Source: an uncultured Verrucomicrobiae bacterium
GTDB lineage: Bacteria; Verrucomicrobiota; Verrucomicrobiia; Chthoniobacterales; JAFAMB01
NCBI GenBank assembly: GCA_963837955.1
Contig: CAWIPH010000002.1
Coordinates: 1,024,001 to 1,088,000, forward strand
Length of the DNA stretch: 64,000 nt
Reading direction: 5' to 3'
Shown here: positions 58,419 to 64,000 of the stretch, piece after piece
How the letters are laid out: the number at the start of each line of letters is the position of its first letter
How positions within the stretch are numbered: the stretch's first letter is position 1
Notes under the pieces: model-generated
What the model was told of the DNA's origin: nothing
Databases searched by the model: none
Seen by the model: only the letters and a program-made list of their open reading frames with translations
Position numbers and translations under genes: made by a program

Positions 58419-60149
58419 ATGGAGACGCCAAGACGAATCATAACGCGCACCGCGTGGCGCCTGGCGAAAAATTATTGGACATCCGAAGAGAAACGGCCCG
58501 CTTGGGCCCTCCTCCTGACTGTGGTCTCGTTGAACCTCGGCAACGTCTATATCGGTGTCCGAATCAATCAATGGAATAGAGCTTTCTACGACGCCCTCCA
58601 AGCGTTCGATATGCACGAGCTATTCCACCAGATCGGCATCTTCTCTGTCTTGGTGGTTTGCGCGGTTTTGATCTCTGTCTCGGCCCTTTATTTCACCCAG
58701 ATGCTGCAGATTCGCTGGCGGCGCTGGTTGACGCTGAGATATCTTGCCGCCTGGCTCGCTGATCGCGCTTACTACAAGCTCCAGCTAGGAAATACGGCCG
58801 ACAACCCGGACCAGCGAATCTCCGAGGACCTCAATCAATTCACCGGCTTTGTGCTGAGCCTGTCGCTCGGCCTTATTTCATCGGCCACCTCCTTGTTTTC
58901 ATTTCTCGCCATTCTCTGGGGGCTCTCCGGAGCGGCGGCGATCCCACTGGGTCCGTGGGGAACGGTACACATACCTGGCTATCTCGTCTGGGCAGCTCTG
59001 ATCTATGCCAGCATCGGTACGTGGCTTGCCGTCACCATCGGCCGGCCGCTGGTAGCATTGAATTCCGCCCGGCAGCGCTTCGAGGCCGACTTCAGGTTCA
59101 GCTTGGTCCATCTGAGGGAGCATGCCGAGGGCGTTGCTTTGTACGGCGGCGAGCCCGTCGAACTCGGCCTCCTCGACGAGCGCTTCCGCAACGTGTTCGT
59201 GAATTTTCGGCAGATCATGAAGCAACAGATACGCCTCAGCGCGTTTACGCTGAGTTACGCCCAAATAGCGGTCATCTTCCCCGTGGTGGTCGTTTCGCCC
59301 CGTTACTTCGCCAGGCAGATCCTATTGGGTGGCCTCATGCAGGCGGTCAACGCATTTTCATTCGTCCAGAACTCGCTCTCCTTCATCATTAACTCGTACA
59401 ATGATATCGCCACCTGGGAGGCCGTGACTCAGCGACTGGGTGACTTTGAGGAGCGGCTGCTCGCGATCCGGGAGTCAATGCGCGCACGCCAGTCGATCGC
59501 TATCCGGCGTCGGGGCGGGGGCGGTGTGGCGGTCGACCACCTCGATCTCGATTTGCCTGACGGCACGCCACTTTTGCGCGGAATTACATTTGCTGTAAGT
59601 CGCGGCGAGGCTCAGCTGGTCGTCGGCCCATCGGGCTCGGGAAAGAGCACCTTGCTGCGCGCTATCGCTGGAATCTGGCCATTCGGCCGCGGTAAAATCA
59701 GGCTGGGTAAAGGACAAATCGCGTTTGTGCCGCAACGGCCGTATCTGCCGCTTGGCACTTTGGCCGACGCCTTGCTTTACCCAAGCGGTACTAAAACCAG
59801 CGTCCCGATGGAGCTCCCTGCCGTACTCGAGGAAGTAGGGCTTGGCGCGCTCGCGCGCGAATTGGATAAGGTCGACAATTGGTCCGAGCGGCTATCGCTA
59901 GGCGAACAGCAGGGTCTAGTCTTCGCCCGTATTCTCCTGGCCAAACCAGCTCTCCTTTTCCTGGATGAAGCAACGTCTGCCCTCGATGAGTCGGCCGAGA
60001 CGCGCCTATTGGGTCTGCTACGTACGGAAACGTGGCGACCTACTGTGGTGAGTGTAGGCCACGGACCTATCTTGCGAAAATTTCACGACCATGTCGTCGA
60101 TCTCGCCGAATTCAGGCCACATCAAGAAACAACCGTGACGCATCAATGA
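58419..60149 (+). CDS. Fused ABC permease/ATPase, YddA/BacA (Rv1819c, ABCD-like) family, paralog 1
   Basis: DNPDQRISED, EADFRF, GPSGSGKS, LSLGEQQ and LDEATS. Confidence 0.92.
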   Translation: METPRRIITRTAWRLAKNYWTSEEKRPAWALLLTVVSLNLGNVYIGVRINQWNRAFYDALQAFDMHELFHQIGIFSVLVVCAVLISVSALYFTQMLQIRWRRWLTLRYLAAWLADRAYYKLQLGNTADNPDQRISEDLNQFTGFVLSLSLGLISSATSLFSFLAILWGLSGAAAIPLGPWGTVHIPGYLVWAALIYASIGTWLAVTIGRPLVALNSARQRFEADFRFSLVHLREHAEGVALYGGEPVELGLLDERFRNVFVNFRQIMKQQIRLSAFTLSYAQIAVIFPVVVVSPRYFARQILLGGLMQAVNAFSFVQNSLSFIINSYNDIATWEAVTQRLGDFEERLLAIRESMRARQSIAIRRRGGGGVAVDHLDLDLPDGTPLLRGITFAVSRGEAQLVVGPSGSGKSTLLRAIAGIWPFGRGKIRLGKGQIAFVPQRPYLPLGTLADALLYPSGTKTSVPMELPAVLEEVGLGALARELDKVDNWSERLSLGEQQGLVFARILLAKPALLFLDEATSALDESAETRLLGLLRTETWRPTVVSVGHGPILRKFHDHVVDLAEFRPHQETTVTHQ

Positions 60150-61420
60150 GGGTTTCCGATAAAAAACTGTTGGAGGAAGTGCAACGTCGCGCCGTTCGCT
60201 TCTTTTGGGAGAAGGCCGATCCAACTACTGGATTGGTGAACGACCGCGCCAACAATTTTGGCGCCGATGATGAAACGGTGGCTTCCATAGCCTCTACCGG
60301 TTACGGGTTAGCGGCATTGCCGATCGCTGTGGAACGCGGCTGGCTAAGTCGGCATGATGCCGCCGCCCGAGCTCGCGCCACTTTGCATTTCTTGCTGACG
60401 ATGCCGAATAACCACGGTTGGTTGGTTCACTTTGTGGATAGACGCACCGGCCAGCGCGTTTGGGGAAGTGAGTATTCGAGCATTGATACAGCCCTGCTAG
60501 TGGCCGGAGCTCTGATTTGCGGCCAATATTTTGCTCGTGACGTATCAACCCTCGATATCTTCGACTTAAGCGACGCGCTGTACCGAAGGATTGGCTGGTG
60601 GTGGCTGCTCACAAACAATAACACCCAGCCACATAAGAAGGTGCTGTCACACGGCTGGTGGCCCGAAACCGGTTTCATACCAAACAATTACGCTGACTAC
60701 AGCGAGGCAATCTTACTCTACCTGTTGGGCTTAGGTGCGCCCCTCCGGCCGCTACCGGGGACGACGTGGGATGCCTTCGAAAGGCCGTTACAGACCTATG
60801 CAGGGATCGAATGGTTAAAGGCCGGCCCAATTTTCATTCATCAAATGCCCTATGGATATTTCGATCTTCGCAATCAACGAGATCGGCTGGGGTTCGACTA
60901 TTGGGTCTCGTCGACAAACGCGATGAAAATACATCGGCAGTTTTGCCTCGACTTGGCCGGAGAGCGCCAAACGTATGCCCAAGGATTCTGGGGCATCAAC
61001 GCGAGCGACGGTCCGGATGGATACCGCGCATACGGCGCGGTGGAAGGCCCCGAGGATGGAACGGTGTCGCCTACCGGCGCGATCTGCTCCATCACGTTTA
61101 CGCCGGAGCTGGCTATCTCTGCTGCGCGCGCCTTTTACGAAAAGGACGGAGGAGCGCTCTGGGGCAACTACGGTTTCGTGAACGCGTTCAACGTTGATCG
61201 AAACTGGTCTTCCTCTGTCGTCATCGGCATCGACTTAGGCATGGCGCTTCTGGCGATCGAGAACCATCGGAGCGGTTTGGTCTGGGACCTCATGAGTAAC
61301 TTCTATTCCACGGCCCCCGCACTCGCGTCTGCCGGATTCCGTTCTACTGCTGAGCCTGAACCACGGCCTGTCTACCGGCCCGAGGGAGATGGGGCGGAGC
61401 CAAAAAATGTATTACCATAA
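60146..61420 (+). CDS. Glycoamylase / GH144-like endo-beta-1,2-glucanase, no signal peptide
   Basis: GLVNDRA, ASIASTGYGL, EYSSIDTALL, YSEAILLY, YGFVNAFN and IGIDLG..IENHRSG. Confidence 0.8.
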   Translation: MRVSDKKLLEEVQRRAVRFFWEKADPTTGLVNDRANNFGADDETVASIASTGYGLAALPIAVERGWLSRHDAAARARATLHFLLTMPNNHGWLVHFVDRRTGQRVWGSEYSSIDTALLVAGALICGQYFARDVSTLDIFDLSDALYRRIGWWWLLTNNNTQPHKKVLSHGWWPETGFIPNNYADYSEAILLYLLGLGAPLRPLPGTTWDAFERPLQTYAGIEWLKAGPIFIHQMPYGYFDLRNQRDRLGFDYWVSSTNAMKIHRQFCLDLAGERQTYAQGFWGINASDGPDGYRAYGAVEGPEDGTVSPTGAICSITFTPELAISAARAFYEKDGGALWGNYGFVNAFNVDRNWSSSVVIGIDLGMALLAIENHRSGLVWDLMSNFYSTAPALASAGFRSTAEPEPRPVYRPEGDGAEPKNVLP

Positions 61421-61762
61421 CTAAAACGATTGCTGTTCTGGAATCGTGCATTCTACCCTTCGACTCAGCCCGGGAGTGTGAGGTCTGCTACCAATCGTTG
61501 CTCTGTTCGTTTGTAAAATCTTTGTACGACCGAGTTTCCACGATATTTAATTTATCATCTCAACCTGATCAGAAAGGTTGTATATTGGAGCGTACGCACG
61601 GTCTAAAATGGGTTTATTTTGGTCTGGAAAAAAATCGCACTGGTTGCTAAACTCAGCGGCGAAAAATCCGATGTGTTATAACGGAGGTTCCTTCCGGACG
61701 TCGCAGGTGAACGTCGCCCGGAACACAGGTAGTAGGTTAAGAATGGCGAGGAGTTTCTGTTA

Positions 61763-63535
61763 ATGGCAACGGCTAAACGAAGCTTGTTGCATGACGCATG
61801 GCGCATCGCAAAACCCTACTGGGGATCCGAAGAGAAGTGGTCGGCCTGGGGTCTTCTGGTAGCCATTATCGCGCTCAATCTTGGTACCGTTTGTACCAGC
61901 GTGGGCATCAACGCTTGGAACAGATCCTTTTACAACGCGCTCCAAGCTTTCAATCGCGCTGAACTTTTTCGGCAACTCGGTATTTTTTGCGTCTTGGGCG
62001 GTCTTGGTATCACGATGTCAGTTTACGCCCTCTACTTTAATCAGATGTTGCAGATACGTTGGCGCCGCTGGCTGACGCAAAGATATCTCAGCTCCTGGCT
62101 GGCCAACCGCTCCTATTATCACTTGCAGTTGAAGGGAGCAATCGACAACCCCGACCAACGCATCGCGGAAGACGTCAACCAATTTACCACATACGTTTTG
62201 ACCTTGTCGGCCGGACTCCTCACGTCGCTGGCCACTCTATTCTCTTTTCTCGTCATTCTTTGGGGGCTTTCCGGGCCGGCGGAAATTCCGCTCGGAAAAT
62301 TGGGCTCTATCTACGTGCCTGGTTATCTCGTCTGGGCGGCTTTGCTCTATGCCGGTATCGGTACTTGGCTCACCGTGAAGATTGGGCGGCCCTTAGTTTC
62401 TTTGAATTTCGCTGGGCAACGGTTCGAAGGCGACTTCCGGTTCAGTCTGGCTCGGCTGCGCGAAAACACGGAAAGTGTGGCCTCTTACGGAGGGGAGCCG
62501 GTCGAGCTTGGTATTTTCCAAGAGCGTTTCCAAAGCGTATACCAGAACTTTCGGCGGATCATGAGTCGGCAAATGCGTCTCAGTTGGTTTACGCAGGGCT
62601 ATGCCCAAGTGGCGGTGATCTTTCCGTTGCTGGTAGTTTTACCCCGTTATTTCGTGAAGCAGATCGGGTGGGGTGGCCTCATGCAGGTGGCGAGCGCTTT
62701 TTCCTACGTGTATAATTCGCTCTCCTTCATCATCACCAGGTACGCCGAAATCGCGGCGTGGCAGGCGGCAACCGAACGTCTTAGCAGATTCCAGGAGCGA
62801 TTGTTTGAGGTCGAAGAATCAGCCGGTGCGCCGCAGCAGATCGCCATTCGACGTAAGGGTGCAGCCGTTGCCGTCGACGATCTGGATCTTGACCTTCCGG
62901 ACGGCACGCCGCTCCTGCGCGGAGTCACTTTCGTACCGGGTCGCGGCGAGGCAGTTTTGATCACCGGTCCGACTGGGACGGGCAAGAGCACTTTGCTGAG
63001 AGCGATCGCTGGGATCTGGCCGTTTGGCCGTGGTGAAATCAGGGTTGGCGAAGGACCGACACTCTTTGTGCCGCAGCGCCCCTACCTCCCGCTTGGCACT
63101 CTGGCCAGCGCGCTTTTGTACCCGCAGCTCGATGGAAATAGCTTTCCGCCGGGGCGACTCACTGCTGTGCTTAAAGAGGTCGGACTCGATGGACTTGTCG
63201 GTGAGCTGGATAACGTCGAAAACTGGGGTCAACGGCTATCACTCGGCGAACAGCAGCGACTCGCCTTCGCTCGGATTCTTCTGACCCGGCCAACTCTTCT
63301 CTTCCTTGATGAAGCGACTTCGGGGCTAGACGAGCCCTGGGAGGCGCGGCTTTACAGTATGCTCCGCGCCGGCTCGTGGCAGCCTACCGTTGTAAGTGTG
63401 GGTCACAGGAGTACCCTCCTCAAGTTCCACGACGACGTCCTGGACCTTACGGCCTTCATCCCGCTGCGAGAGAAGGTGGTGCTGCCCCTGCCCACGCAGC
63501 TTCGCGAGCCCGCAGCGATCACCGGCTCATTGTAG
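61763..63535 (+). CDS. Fused ABC permease/ATPase, YddA/BacA family, paralog 2
   Basis: DNPDQRIAED, GPTGTGKS, LSLGEQQRL and VGHR; collinear with paralog 1. Confidence 0.92.
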   Translation: MATAKRSLLHDAWRIAKPYWGSEEKWSAWGLLVAIIALNLGTVCTSVGINAWNRSFYNALQAFNRAELFRQLGIFCVLGGLGITMSVYALYFNQMLQIRWRRWLTQRYLSSWLANRSYYHLQLKGAIDNPDQRIAEDVNQFTTYVLTLSAGLLTSLATLFSFLVILWGLSGPAEIPLGKLGSIYVPGYLVWAALLYAGIGTWLTVKIGRPLVSLNFAGQRFEGDFRFSLARLRENTESVASYGGEPVELGIFQERFQSVYQNFRRIMSRQMRLSWFTQGYAQVAVIFPLLVVLPRYFVKQIGWGGLMQVASAFSYVYNSLSFIITRYAEIAAWQAATERLSRFQERLFEVEESAGAPQQIAIRRKGAAVAVDDLDLDLPDGTPLLRGVTFVPGRGEAVLITGPTGTGKSTLLRAIAGIWPFGRGEIRVGEGPTLFVPQRPYLPLGTLASALLYPQLDGNSFPPGRLTAVLKEVGLDGLVGELDNVENWGQRLSLGEQQRLAFARILLTRPTLLFLDEATSGLDEPWEARLYSMLRAGSWQPTVVSVGHRSTLLKFHDDVLDLTAFIPLREKVVLPLPTQLREPAAITGSL

Positions 63536-63587
63536 AATCGTCGGGCCGTGCGGTGCCGAACTGATCATCTGACAAGAGGAGGTCGAG

Positions 63588-63797
63588 GTGAGGAAAACCA
63601 ATATCGAGAAAGCGGGCGGTGAGCTGGGCCAGGTGGAAGCAAAAAATCCGGTATGTGGCATGGTGGTGGATGCGAGCGAGCCGAAGTAGATTTCTGAGTA
63701 TCGCGGCGAGACGTACTACTTCTGTTGTGCCGGCTGCAAACGTGCATTCGATAAGCAACCAAAAGCCTACTCGAGTTCCTCGGTCTCGGACTTGTGA
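63588..63797 (+). pseudogene. YHS-domain small protein with in-frame TAG at 63687-63689 (absent from ORF track)
   Basis: AGGAGG (63577-63582) then GTG; translates ...NPVCGMVVDASEPK*ISEYRGETYYFCCAGCKRAFDKQPKAY... Confidence 0.8.
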
Positions 63798-63921
63798 GAT
63801 AATCGGGCCAGTGGTTCGGTACAGCGAGTCGTCGCCGTGAAATGGATATCGATAAAGCGGATCAAGTGTTAAGCGCGTGCACGATGCCAGCAGCAAATAC
63901 TGCAGAATCAGAGACCGGATA

Positions 63922-64000
63922 ATGCTCTCCGCCATCATTCTTGCCGCTGGAATGTCCACTCGGATGGGGCAAAACAAGCTGCTCCTGAAATTTAAGGGCA
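63922..64000 (+). CDS. MocA/MobA-like nucleotidyltransferase, 3'-truncated by window edge
   Basis: MLSAIILAAGMSTRMGQNKLLL. Confidence 0.85.
   Translation, partial: MLSAIILAAGMSTRMGQNKLLLKFKG

Noticed and set aside
63687..63689. Genome-wide TAG reassignment or pyrrolysine
   Set aside because: TAG is the normal stop for many genes here (for example ending at 4690, 11028 and 35531); no pyl genes in the window

Overview
Bacterial chromosomal segment. Gene content and intergenic repeat style suggest a soil Verrucomicrobiota (Chthoniobacterales-like) genome; this is an inference, not a database result. The centre (about 9.7-43 kb) is housekeeping: chdC/hemQ, ferredoxin-dciA-folB, folP-cdaA-glmM-bioD, mcsA-mcsB-clpC, ilvE, trmL, rplU-rpmA, ispA, nadE, pfkA, CNNM pair, iscA, mutL, yqjDEK-like genes, infA, carA. 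Both ends are accessory. They carry a beta-lactamase-fold hydrolase with five tandem repeats, an ADP-ribosylglycohydrolase, a DAC-domain gene next to a YcaQ-like gene, a trypsin-like protease with a VPE sorting tail, two-component genes, cobalamin-riboswitch-controlled metE, an ABC / GH144-like glucanase / ABC cluster and an amber-interrupted YHS gene. The most striking non-gene structure is a set of at least five palindromic REP/MITE-like families. These include a 5 x 101-bp tandem array upstream of rplU, a nested insertion whose empty site is also in the window, and inverted heptamer arrays. I found no CRISPR array, tRNA, rRNA or autonomous transposase. Start codons were adjusted by eye where the ORF track over-extends. 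No finding amounts to a proven new system; the best leads are scored accordingly.
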